A stretch of 64,000 nt of DNA from positions 280,890-344,889 of IMG/VR virus record IMGVR_UViG_3300045988_179014; one strand, given 5' to 3'. A model generated the notes under the pieces. It was not told the DNA's origin. It did not search any database and saw only the letters and a list, made by a program, of their open reading frames with translations. The stretch is from a virus. Below are positions 1 to 9,686 of this stretch, one piece after another. The first letter of the stretch is position 1, and every line of letters starts with the position of its first letter. The position numbers and the translations under genes are program-made.

Positions 1-494
1 TGCTCCAGATGAATATAACGTGTACCAACTATCCGCTGATTCTGCAAAATCCCACTGATACTATGTTCGGCGGCCAAACTGCGACACATTCGTTCCAATA
101 CGGCTTGATACACATTGAGTGGTACTGTAGTGGACGTAACCAACTGTTTCCAATCTGACTTCCACATCAAAGGTGCCGAAACATCTGACTCCAGTAGTTG
201 TTCCATACGGTGGGTCAGGAGGGATAGTGCCACTGTTTGTTCAATCATGGTCATCATGTTGCTCTCCCTCCTCATACCCCTACTATTGCCATCTGTTTAA
301 CTGACAAAAACTTATGTTTTCAGTTTACATGATGAACTCCTGTTTGTATATAGTCCTGCCATGGATAAAATAGGGTAGTTGTTAAGAGAAACCATACTCA
401 TGTTGTGTTCGTCTCTTGTGGAAGTAAAAACTACTGAACTTGCCACATCTGGAACTAAACTATGGGTTTTATACTGTTAATTATTGTCGAATAG

Positions 495-1169
495 TTGATT
501 TTTGTGAAACTTGTTGTAGCGGAATGTTCAGCCATCTATAGTGGTCGGGGTGATACCACACTGGCACGCGGTCGCAGAGCCATCATGATTAAAGGTGATG
601 GTTCAGTCTCAATTCACAATGATGTGGGCAACAAACCGTTGAACTACATGAAACAACCCACTTTCTCTGAAACATTGAATTCTGACGGAGAAAGGGTATG
701 GACTTTTGATGCTCGTCATGAATCCTTATCCATCACACTTCATCAAGTTGTTTTGGAAACAGCAATGGATTTGATTGGTGAACATGACCCTGGTTTGGTA
801 CGTGATGGGACTGAAAACCAATTACAAGCATGGATTGCCGAACACCCTGAAGTACTTGGTGAAGGTTTTAGTCTGGTGAAACGTGAATACCCAACAGAAA
901 ACGGACCTGTGGATTTACTGGTTTTGGACAACATGGGTCTTCCTGTTGCTGTGGAGGTCAAACGTGTTGCTATGTTGGGTGCAGTTGACCAAGCCAGAAG
1001 ATACATGGATGCGCTGAAAAGCCAACCCTACAATCCTGAGCTGCCTTTTGATTTGACACGTACTCGGGCCATGATTGCAGCAGTTGACATCAGACCAAAA
1101 ACGATAGCTTTGGCGGAAAAACGAGGAATCGCGTTACGAACCATTCCTAGTGATTGGAAAACACTGTAA
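495..1169 (+). CDS. nucS: Mismatch-specific endonuclease NucS (EndoMS)
   Basis: The 224-aa ORF is collinear with mycobacterial NucS from start to end. It starts MIFVKLVVAECSAIYSGRG and carries the RecB-like C-terminal motifs GPVDLLVLD and VAVEVKRV. Confidence 0.8.
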   Translation: MIFVKLVVAECSAIYSGRGDTTLARGRRAIMIKGDGSVSIHNDVGNKPLNYMKQPTFSETLNSDGERVWTFDARHESLSITLHQVVLETAMDLIGEHDPGLVRDGTENQLQAWIAEHPEVLGEGFSLVKREYPTENGPVDLLVLDNMGLPVAVEVKRVAMLGAVDQARRYMDALKSQPYNPELPFDLTRTRAMIAAVDIRPKTIALAEKRGIALRTIPSDWKTL

Positions 1170-1339
1170 CAAACATTGACACAAAATATTTCACCAAACA
1201 GACTCTTCACATTAGCTGATACATACTGATTCAGTTCTTCAGACATGTTGAAAATTGAAAGCATTACATGTTCTCTTATGAATTAATTTCAGGGATTCAC
1301 CAATGTAGTCAGTTCAACATAAATCAACACTGATGCTTG

Positions 1340-1489
1340 CGTACCCAGAAGTGTTTTTAGCTTGGTTTTTGTGTTTCCTGATTAGGTATCACAAACTAGG
1401 ATTTCTAACAAAACCTCTTGAAAACATGAAAAATACCCCTGAATAAGCTAGGTAGAATCTAACCTATTCAAGGGGCGTTACAAAAAGCG
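1340..1489 (+). repeat. Copy 1 of a roughly 150-bp intergenic repeat family
   Basis: It reads cgtacccagaagtgttttt...ttcctgattaggtatcac...gaaaaatacccctgaataagctaggtagaatctaacctattcaaggggcgttacaaaaag. The other two copies (16661-16811, 55881-56010) are about 75% identical and in the same orientation. Confidence 0.75.
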
Positions 1490-1630
1490 ATTATGGCTTT
1501 GGAAGAAAACCCTCCAGCAACCAAAATATACATTGTGAACCATGCAATCGTCTTAGTCCTGCTAATAACAATATTTTGATTGTTTTACTTGTTGAATAAT
1601 GACAATCCTCTGTATCTTCTGTTTGTACAA

Positions 1631-2110
1631 TCAACCAATTGTTTTCCACATCACTTGTATGGTTGAATAAAGTGGGTCGTCTTCAATGTTGTCATATTCA
1701 CAGAAGAAAATCTTTTTGGAGCCCCATTCAGAAACAACAACACCCATGTCTTCCTGTCCTGTACAGTTTGTTTCAGTAGGTGGGAGCGAAACAGCAGTTG
1801 GTATTTTGCTATCACGCACGGCTTCTCGGTATTGCCCAACCAAATCCAAATCTACTGTAGCCCCCTTGGATGTACTACCGTCACTGTACAAAGCCACAGA
1901 TTCCTCATCACAATAGACAACATCACCTCGCATTTTGCAGGAACGTTTCATCAAAGTGGCAATGGTGTCCTCAGATGGTTTCGGAAATGATGATTCTGTC
2001 CCATATGATGGAGTTGGTTCAGGTGATGATGACTCTGCGCTGGAAGAACAACCACCCACTCCTATCAAACAACACAAACCAATCAATCCTGTCACAATTC
2101 GTTTCAGCAT
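1631..2110 (-). CDS. Hypothetical lipoprotein with Ser/Pro-rich linker
   Basis: It has an N-terminal signal peptide with lipobox LIGVGGCSS followed by a low-complexity S/P/E-rich segment. No enzymatic motif was recognised. Confidence 0.45.
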   Translation of the reverse strand: MLKRIVTGLIGLCCLIGVGGCSSSAESSSPEPTPSYGTESSFPKPSEDTIATLMKRSCKMRGDVVYCDEESVALYSDGSTSKGATVDLDLVGQYREAVRDSKIPTAVSLPPTETNCTGQEDMGVVVSEWGSKKIFFCEYDNIEDDPLYSTIQVMWKTIG

Positions 2111-2157
2111 AAAACATGTCCCCTTCTTTTCACATACGATTGTTCTAAATATGCAGA

Positions 2158-2544
2158 TTACAATGATGCTTCGGCTAGTAAACGAGAAACCGCTACTATA
2201 TCAAATCCACGACTAAATTCTAGGTGAACTTGTCCTACACTGCTGTACCATAAATCCACTTCACTGTCCAAATCGACTGTTCCTGCCGTTTCAATGGACC
2301 AAGCTTGCAGTTTTTTGTACGGTAATGACGCGAATGCTTTCTTGGTGCCCGTCATGCCTTGAACATTCACAACAATAACGCGACGATTGGTAAAAACCAC
2401 ATAATCTCTTATTCCTTTGGCAGCAATCATAATGGTTTCATGATTGACCAGCAAAGGTTGAATATTTGCTTGAACTTCAACAGGATTAACTGGACCAAGT
2501 TTTACCAATGAGGAGTTTTTGAAATCAATCATGGCTTTCTCCAT
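2158..2544 (-). CDS. Bacterial PH-domain (bPH-like) protein
   Basis: The 128-aa ORF shows a pattern like RDYVVFTNRRVIVV that is reminiscent of YdbT/bPH domains. This is a weak assignment. Confidence 0.35.
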   Translation of the reverse strand: MEKAMIDFKNSSLVKLGPVNPVEVQANIQPLLVNHETIMIAAKGIRDYVVFTNRRVIVVNVQGMTGTKKAFASLPYKKLQAWSIETAGTVDLDSEVDLWYSSVGQVHLEFSRGFDIVAVSRLLAEASL

Positions 2545-2735
2545 TTCCGTAAAAGTAACGAATTATAGTTAAATCTTTCAACACATAGATTTTCTGGCAT
2601 CAAGCAGAAGAACCACAAGTATTCAATATTGGTTTATGATGATTCGATAAATAGATTCATTTCATCATAAACAATTTGTCTTTAACATATCTTTTAAACC
2701 GCTTAAGGATATCCTACAATTTGTTGATTATCGGG

Positions 2736-3926
2736 TCATCGTCTTGAAGAACGCCAAGAACCAGTCAACTTCCTGGCGGTATCAGTAATGGTTGCAATTT
2801 GTTCCTGAGTCAATCCAAACATTTTGTACAATTGTGGTTCCAATGGGCGGTTCCAACGAATGTGTGGATTGTCGCTGGAATAATCACCCAAGTCCGGAAC
2901 AAAAACACCCCAACGAGCTGATTTTCCACCACGACTTTCCTCCAACAAATACCTTACAAAATCAGTGTCAATATAAGCTTTGTAATTGTTGGCTTCTTCC
3001 TTGGTCGCAAAAGTCCCCACCATGAGCCAAGAAGCACCAACAATATGCTCATTGTCAACAACACGATAACTGGAAGTGGCAGGACGTTTACTTATCTGCC
3101 CTTGAGAGGACAGAACTTTCCATGATTCCATCAACTGGGTTTTTTCTGAAGTCCAATCCAAGAGAGAACCATCAATCCAATACTCCTGAACCCGTTTCTG
3201 TTTACCTGGAATATTGTTCCCCAAGTAAGCACGAACTGGACGAATGAAACGACCAGACCCTTCATGTATATTTCTCACTGCATCAGGATTCTGCTCCACC
3301 CAATTAGTGGGAAGACCAAACGCATTCACTTTGCAACGTCGCATGCTCACACTGTTGTAACCTTGTGCAAAAATTGTTTCCACAATATTCACAGCATCCC
3401 GGCTCAATGGCAGAATCTCTTTGTTTTTTGGGCGATTGACAGCGATTCCGTTAAGTTCTAAATGATTTGGTGTTTCATTGTTATTGTTCACAGTGACAAC
3501 AGCGACCCCATCCGGAATCGCCACACCTGGAAACAATGGGACCACAGAGCTTTCTTCACCATGAGGAAACCAGTCAATACTGATAGCAGATGAAAAAATG
3601 CGATTGGCAACACCATCATATCCTTTAGCGCGCTGCATCCAACGCCCCCCAGGAATAATTACCGAACCATGAATGCCCACATCAGCCACCAAATCATAAA
3701 AACACGGGAAAACACTGACCACATTACTGTCCCGACCTGATGTTGTTGGGGTACCAGTTGAATACTGATACGGTGGGTTGCTCGCTACAAAAGTATAATC
3801 AATGCTGTTGTCATTTTCCATGAGTTTCAGAGCTTCTTCAATCTGCCCGTTCAGCAGTAGAGTAGCTTTCTCCTCAACCGTCAAAGTGTTCATACTGTAG
3901 CTCCTTGACTTGGTTTCAACACCCAT
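2736..3926 (-). CDS. N6-adenine DNA methyltransferase C-terminal portion (motif IV NPPY to motif VIII, then a presumptive target-recognition domain)
   Basis: The motif FVASNPPYQY lies about 50 aa from the listed N-terminus. It is followed by FYDLVADV...GSVIIPGGRWM, which matches motifs V-VIII of gamma-class (Eco57I/TaqI-like) methyltransferases. No AdoMet-binding motif I is present in this ORF. It overlaps the upstream helicase ORF by 37 nt in another frame. Confidence 0.6.
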   Translation of the reverse strand: MGVETKSRSYSMNTLTVEEKATLLLNGQIEEALKLMENDNSIDYTFVASNPPYQYSTGTPTTSGRDSNVVSVFPCFYDLVADVGIHGSVIIPGGRWMQRAKGYDGVANRIFSSAISIDWFPHGEESSVVPLFPGVAIPDGVAVVTVNNNNETPNHLELNGIAVNRPKNKEILPLSRDAVNIVETIFAQGYNSVSMRRCKVNAFGLPTNWVEQNPDAVRNIHEGSGRFIRPVRAYLGNNIPGKQKRVQEYWIDGSLLDWTSEKTQLMESWKVLSSQGQISKRPATSSYRVVDNEHIVGASWLMVGTFATKEEANNYKAYIDTDFVRYLLEESRGGKSARWGVFVPDLGDYSSDNPHIRWNRPLEPQLYKMFGLTQEQIATITDTARKLTGSWRSSRR

Positions 3927-6900
3927 GCCATCAAACGCCTCATTTCTTCTTCAGACAATTTGCGTTTAACACCTGTATTGGTTGACACTTCAGCACACCT
4001 CAATGAACGTTGAATCTCCACCATATCCACTACTGTAATATTCAAGTCATAATCTTTACACCCTGCCAATACACGTTGCGCTATGGCTCTACCCTGTTGA
4101 CTACGAGAATTCACGAAAACCCTGTTCTCAACAATTTGTTTCCAGAGTTTGCGTTGAGCAACAGAATCCATGTCACGAACTGTTTTACCTGATTTCTGAA
4201 TTTCATGCATAAACATGTTCAAGGCGGCATACAACGGATAAAGGCCGGTTTTGGAGCTTGGGTCAAAGAATGTGGTGCTGTCCTGTCCCCACAAAACATC
4301 GTATTCGTCATTCCCTGTATGATTCCATTGAGGTTCTGGTTTCAACACCCCTTGACTGGAAACCACATCATCCCAGGAGTGCGTATTACCATCAGAGCAG
4401 TACCAGTTGCCTGTATCATCAACGAACCGAATCCCGTTGAAAGCATTCCCCATGTGCCTGTTCACAACCGCCCATGGAGTCAGTACAGTTTCACGGTCAG
4501 GATTACGGAAACTGGTAAACAGCTGTGTCAAATGTGCCGCTCGTTCCAGTGGGTCACAAGCATCTAAATCCAACACCTGTTCTCTCATCTTCGCACAAGC
4601 CCCATTGAAAACATCAACATCAAAATATGCCTTCACCACATCCCACATGTTCCGAGTAAACCCCTGAGGCATGAACTCGTCCCATGAAGTATCATCAATA
4701 TGGGTAGCAAAATTGTCAACTGTAAGAGGTTCTTTAGCTTCACTGGCAAAAATGAGCAAAGGAAGCCGCGAAGCAACAGCACGCAGAGTTTCCAAAATCA
4801 ATTGCGCATTTTGCTGGTCTTTAGCTTTGCTCTCATATGCATTGTTCACATCTGCATTGGTAACAGATTCATCACCTTCCAACAGCAGAATCCGTTTTCC
4901 TTTACGTGTCAGTTTGGACGCTGCAATACTGATTTCTTTTTTGGAGCTGTTGATGTTCAATGCTTGACGAATATCCTCCAGCTCTTTTGCTTGGGCCTTA
5001 GTTATGTCATGAATATTCAGGTCAAACAGTTTCCGGTGTGTAAAACCAGAGGAAACAATTTCAGCAATGAATACACGACGTAGTTCTTGCAACAAACTGT
5101 CAACATCATGTTTCACAAATCGTGCACCGTCATAGGAAATGATGGGCATATATGTCAACATGTCACCCAACACAGATGATTCTCTGTCATCTTTGTTCCT
5201 GTTCTTCTGTGCAATACCACTGGCGGTTTTCTCCAACATTTTCAATGAACGGTCTGGTGCGAAGTCGAAAACATACCCAACCTCTTTCTGACGCCCATCA
5301 GCCAAACTACCAACTGATTTGACCCGGAAAATGGTCTGCATATACTGGAGAGGTGAAGCCATGTTGCTGAGCATGAAAACAGCCGTCCACTCAGGTACAG
5401 TGGTTCCAGTAGTCAGTTTTTGCGCGGACAATGTGATAGTGCGTTCATTTTTGCGAATCGCTTCTTTAACTGCCAACAACGCGTCTCCGCCATCATTGTC
5501 ACCTGTTGCATTCACCACTGCAAATTCTGGATGTTGTGCTGCCAACATTTCATGCAATGCCACACATGCATCCACCGATGGCAACATCCAAAACGTATGA
5601 GCAAAATCAACTTTCGAATTGTTCCGGCTGAAAGGGAACAATTTATGGTCATCTTCATACTCATCATTGTAGAATATGAGGTTCAATAATTTTGCCACAT
5701 CTCGTGGGTTCTTGAACGGAGAAAAACTGTCATATACTCGTCCTTGAACTGAACGATTTTTGTCTATTTCAAAAAACTTTGCAAAACTGAAGTTGATTTT
5801 GCCATTTTCGAACGCATCGGCTACATCTGGGTTTTTGAGAGTGTCCAGAATGTCGTAGTGTCGGATTTCAATTCGTGGCAGCATTCCATATGGATTAACT
5901 TCTCCCGGGTATGGAACAGGGGCATGTTCTCCCAGTTCGTCCCATTGTTTACGAGCCAATTCCCAACGCTCTGAGGCACGCTGTTCATCAATATAATCCC
6001 AGTTGAAAACTTTATCATCAAATTCGTCAATGATGTTGAAAGGCGTTCCTGATAAATACAACCAGTAACGCCCCTGTAAGTTGTTCGCCAAACGTTCCGC
6101 AATTGGAGTTTTTGTTCCCTCATGACCCTCGTCCACAATAATCAAATCAAATTGCGTTGAGAACAGTTGAGCATTCTTTTCAAAAACGTTCTCTATTTCA
6201 ACAGAATCCTTGTTTGCTTCATCATTGACTCCAAACGACCCTCGAAGGTCTTGGATAGATGCAAAATAGTAGAATGGTTTTTCGCGGTCCAGTGAATCCC
6301 ATGAAACCCCGTACAGATTTTGTTTAGCACCGAACTGCCAATCAGATTTAGCCCCATACATTTTACGGAAATCTTCACTCCATCCAGCTGCAACCACAGG
6401 ACGATGAGTGATGATGAGAACTTTGCTTACATCCGGCATGGATTGCACCAGACTGTAGGATGTAAGCGTCTTCCCAAAACGCATGATGGCATTCCACAGG
6501 AACTTTTTGGGGCGTTCTACCGTACCTGACCGAAATATTTGTAGTGTTTCCGCTACTGCTCGTTTTTGTTCTGGACGTAAAACGATTTGTAGGGGCTTCT
6601 CGTCCATGTTGTCAATGAATGATTTGCGACCCTGTACTGCTTTGAATGCTTCAATGGCATTGTTCAGAGAAACCTCAAACCACTCTCCCGCGTTCTTGTC
6701 TTGACGGATGAATCGTTTTGAAAACCCTGACCGCAACAAAACTTCATGCACTTGGTAATCCCTGAACGCTTCATAACGTCCTGGAACTGAACTGGAGCGA
6801 ATACTGAGTGCCGTAAAAAGCAGTTCATATTTGACGTCAGCCGTTTTTGTCTGCTCGTCAATACGTGCTCGGGCTGCGGATTCAATTTCAGGCGATGAAA

Positions 6901-7078
6901 TCAAATCCCCATCAACCACTGTGGCTTCAGCTCGAATCTCTTCCAATATTTTAGAAGTGTGGTAAGTCGCATCCCCAATCTTCAACCGTCCTTGATGGTC
7001 CTGGTCGTTGATTGTATATATGTATAAAACCTTATAACTACCTGGAGACAAAGCTGTGTCCAGAATCGTAGCCGTCAT
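3890..7078 (-). CDS. Fusion protein: T5orf172 (GIY-YIG-like) N-terminal domain + SF2 (ResIII/SNF2-like) helicase + N-terminal part of N6-adenine methyltransferase (motifs X and I)
   Basis: The N-terminus YKVLYIYTIND...GRLKIGDAT resembles the T5orf172 domain. Helicase motifs are I AIMRFGKTLTS, II LIIVDEGHEG and III YLSGTPF. Near the C-terminus, TPWAVVNRHM resembles methyltransferase motif X and FFDPSSKTGLY is a weak motif I. A good SD-less start faces the 300-bp intergenic region. Confidence 0.6.
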   Translation of the reverse strand: MTATILDTALSPGSYKVLYIYTINDQDHQGRLKIGDATYHTSKILEEIRAEATVVDGDLISSPEIESAARARIDEQTKTADVKYELLFTALSIRSSSVPGRYEAFRDYQVHEVLLRSGFSKRFIRQDKNAGEWFEVSLNNAIEAFKAVQGRKSFIDNMDEKPLQIVLRPEQKRAVAETLQIFRSGTVERPKKFLWNAIMRFGKTLTSYSLVQSMPDVSKVLIITHRPVVAAGWSEDFRKMYGAKSDWQFGAKQNLYGVSWDSLDREKPFYYFASIQDLRGSFGVNDEANKDSVEIENVFEKNAQLFSTQFDLIIVDEGHEGTKTPIAERLANNLQGRYWLYLSGTPFNIIDEFDDKVFNWDYIDEQRASERWELARKQWDELGEHAPVPYPGEVNPYGMLPRIEIRHYDILDTLKNPDVADAFENGKINFSFAKFFEIDKNRSVQGRVYDSFSPFKNPRDVAKLLNLIFYNDEYEDDHKLFPFSRNNSKVDFAHTFWMLPSVDACVALHEMLAAQHPEFAVVNATGDNDGGDALLAVKEAIRKNERTITLSAQKLTTGTTVPEWTAVFMLSNMASPLQYMQTIFRVKSVGSLADGRQKEVGYVFDFAPDRSLKMLEKTASGIAQKNRNKDDRESSVLGDMLTYMPIISYDGARFVKHDVDSLLQELRRVFIAEIVSSGFTHRKLFDLNIHDITKAQAKELEDIRQALNINSSKKEISIAASKLTRKGKRILLLEGDESVTNADVNNAYESKAKDQQNAQLILETLRAVASRLPLLIFASEAKEPLTVDNFATHIDDTSWDEFMPQGFTRNMWDVVKAYFDVDVFNGACAKMREQVLDLDACDPLERAAHLTQLFTSFRNPDRETVLTPWAVVNRHMGNAFNGIRFVDDTGNWYCSDGNTHSWDDVVSSQGVLKPEPQWNHTGNDEYDVLWGQDSTTFFDPSSKTGLYPLYAALNMFMHEIQKSGKTVRDMDSVAQRKLWKQIVENRVFVNSRSQQGRAIAQRVLAGCKDYDLNITVVDMVEIQRSLRCAEVSTNTGVKRKLSEEEMRRLMAWVLKPSQGATV

Positions 7079-7568
7079 AAGGTATTCTCCTCTTAGTTGG
7101 TTGCATATTTATGAGGAATCATAGAAACCTCAAAGTTACACTAGCAAACTCCATTTTATTTGTCAAATACATAGAACTATAAGTAATGACAAAACTGATG
7201 ATTTTACATAATGCTCATCATCGTTTTCATCCTGTTCAGACATCTTGTTTCACCATGTTGTGTTAAACTGTCATCATCCTTGAATGGCATTAACCACAAA
7301 TAATGAATGAAGATTCAATTGTCAACATTTCATCACCACAGCATCATATGATGACATTTTGACGCAATGGAATCAAAACCATGGACCAAACCTGTAACGA
7401 CACAACGAAAGCAAAACATACGTTGTTTCATACCAGCCAACTTATTTCAACTGCGAATCGTCGTCCCCTTGTATTCATGCAAGTTTGTTTTTGTGCTACA
7501 AGAAACATGAGAAAAAGAAAGAATCATTCCAGTTGTGATAATTGTTTGAATTTGTCACAACCCAACAG

Positions 7569-8024
7569 TCAAAGAATGAAAACGTCTGTATCCATTTCTG
7601 AAGTACCATTGTTTCCCACAATATAAGTCACAGGGCTGGTCATCAGTAAGAAGTCATCTGTTACTGTATTTCCCGGATGAGCAAACAACGCTTTTTCTCT
7701 TGTCTGCAAATTGACCAGTACCATGTTGACATATAGATGATACTGACCATTGGATTGCTCTTGTTGCACCACCCAATGATTGGATTCAGGTAAAGGACAT
7801 ATTGTATACACACTTTTACTGAGAGTTTCAAATCTCATGGATGGAGGAACAGGCGATGTTCTCTGCAAATCTTTCATCACAGACACCCCATAATTGTTCA
7901 TGATGATGCTGTCAGCTGCCATCAATGCCATCTCGTAATCATTGAATCGTTGGTATGAACCATTGTCCCCTGACCATGGAACTGGATGAATATGCCCATG
8001 AGGATGTAAAACATATTTACTCAT
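7569..8024 (-). CDS. Hypothetical protein
   Basis: This is a 151-aa ORF on the strand of all its neighbours. No motifs were recognised. Confidence 0.35.
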   Translation of the reverse strand: MSKYVLHPHGHIHPVPWSGDNGSYQRFNDYEMALMAADSIIMNNYGVSVMKDLQRTSPVPPSMRFETLSKSVYTICPLPESNHWVVQQEQSNGQYHLYVNMVLVNLQTREKALFAHPGNTVTDDFLLMTSPVTYIVGNNGTSEMDTDVFIL

Positions 8025-8189
8025 ATTGAAACCTCCTTGGTTGATTCAATTTGTCACATGTTTCACCTTGTCGTCTAACCAATATGTGTACCCAAGTCCT
8101 GTAAACATTGTATACAAATCAGTACAGGGCAGATGAGAACTGATTGAAGCCCCCGTCCGCCCTGTTTGTTAGGTTGTATGATTTTGGTT

Positions 8190-9653
8190 TTACTTCTTCT
8201 TAGGTTTGACCCAGAAAACTCGTGACAGAATTGTTTGGTCCTGTTCTTCGTAAGTGGAGTGTTTTTTGATGGTTGCAGATGAAATTGTGACATTTCCGTC
8301 TTCATCAGATGTTACAGGTTTTGGTGAGAAGTAAACAATTTGGTGCCCATCATCATCTACCATGGTTATACGGTATTTGATGATTTCGTAACCGCGATAA
8401 TCACGTGTTTGATATGGGGTACTATCCACTAGGTTGTATTTAGTACCTTTCGGAATCTTGTCTCCTACTTGCCCCACATAACCCGACTTGAACAATGCTG
8501 CACGTTCTTCTTTGGCTTTTTCACGTGCAGCTTTCTCCGCTTCTCGGCGTAGTCTGTTTTTCTCACGTTTGATGCTGGCAACACCTGAAACAAGCAAAGC
8601 AACTGTTTTAGGGGAAACATAGTCACTGGCTATCGCAGTTTTCAGATTGTTCACGTAATCATTTGAATCATCCATTTTGTTGATGAGTGATTTCAATGCA
8701 GCAACTTGCCCACTTTGGATATACCCTGCGGCTTTGTCGGCCATTTCATTTCGCCATTCTGAATCCACTTGTTTACCACCGAAAATTGCGTTGTCCACAT
8801 CATCCACAGTAGCCGACCCATAACCCCAGGAACGTGGAATGAAGTTGTCTCCACCATCAGAAACAGCCAACGCAAACGCCAAGGTCTGGTCCACGTTCCG
8901 AGCGCTATAAGGACCAAAACCTTCAGACTTTCCAGGGTTTTTGAGTTCGTCCAAATCGTCATACTCAAGTGCCCACAATCCTTTTGGTTTGAGTCCCAAG
9001 TATGCTTCTACACAAGTTGAACCAATTTGTTTACGGTTACCTTCTTCATCTTCAATGAGATAGGTTTTAGCACGAGACCGTTTCTGCCCACAATGCTCAC
9101 AATACATGGATTCAGGACGCCAACCACCCAATTCGACACCTTCAGCAGTACGTGTTATGAAACCACCCTGTTCCTTGTCCATTACAGCCAAGAATGTGTA
9201 TCCATTGTAAGAGATTTTTGGTTCGCTCAATTCAATGTCATAATAAACATCTGCCCATTCAACCAGAACCCCATCACGCATTTCAGAACGTGGTACAAAA
9301 CGTTCTTTAACAGCCATCTCGAATCGTTCATCAATGCCTGCTTTTTCAAGTCTACGGTTGGCTTGAGCAATTGATTTCTCAGCTTCTTCCAGTTTGTCAG
9401 CTGCAATACTGAAACGTGACCTTGTGTAAAAATCGTCAACTGTTTCATGTTTAGACAAGGCTGTTAAAGTCTGAGCATTCATTGAATCTTCATATGCAAC
9501 TTGCGCATCACCAAAACTGTTGTAATGTTCTCCACCAGTTTCTTTTGTTACTGGACAGTTTCCTGGTTGTGCTGTACATGGTTTGGGGCCATCATCTGTT
9601 ATGTGAAACTTGCCGCTCATGATACTCCTCCACACATAATGAGGTATTATCAC
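8190..9653 (-). CDS. Hypothetical protein with Cys-cluster (YCEHCGQ...GSTC) and C-terminal coiled coil
   Basis: This is a 487-aa ORF. It has a possible zinc-binding CxxC...C cluster and a basic/acidic heptad-like segment KREKNRLRREAEKAAREKAKEE. The family is unknown. Confidence 0.45.
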   Translation of the reverse strand: MIIPHYVWRSIMSGKFHITDDGPKPCTAQPGNCPVTKETGGEHYNSFGDAQVAYEDSMNAQTLTALSKHETVDDFYTRSRFSIAADKLEEAEKSIAQANRRLEKAGIDERFEMAVKERFVPRSEMRDGVLVEWADVYYDIELSEPKISYNGYTFLAVMDKEQGGFITRTAEGVELGGWRPESMYCEHCGQKRSRAKTYLIEDEEGNRKQIGSTCVEAYLGLKPKGLWALEYDDLDELKNPGKSEGFGPYSARNVDQTLAFALAVSDGGDNFIPRSWGYGSATVDDVDNAIFGGKQVDSEWRNEMADKAAGYIQSGQVAALKSLINKMDDSNDYVNNLKTAIASDYVSPKTVALLVSGVASIKREKNRLRREAEKAAREKAKEERAALFKSGYVGQVGDKIPKGTKYNLVDSTPYQTRDYRGYEIIKYRITMVDDDGHQIVYFSPKPVTSDEDGNVTISSATIKKHSTYEEQDQTILSRVFWVKPKKK

Positions 9654-9686
9654 TAATCTCTAAAAACAAACCAAGTATAATCGCAA

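Noticed and set aside
4010-6885. Numerous 60-127-aa ORFs on both strands inside the 3.2-kb helicase gene (and similar shadow ORFs inside other long genes).
   Set aside because: They are nested in a long, motif-rich ORF and have low-complexity composition typical of antisense or frameshifted shadows.
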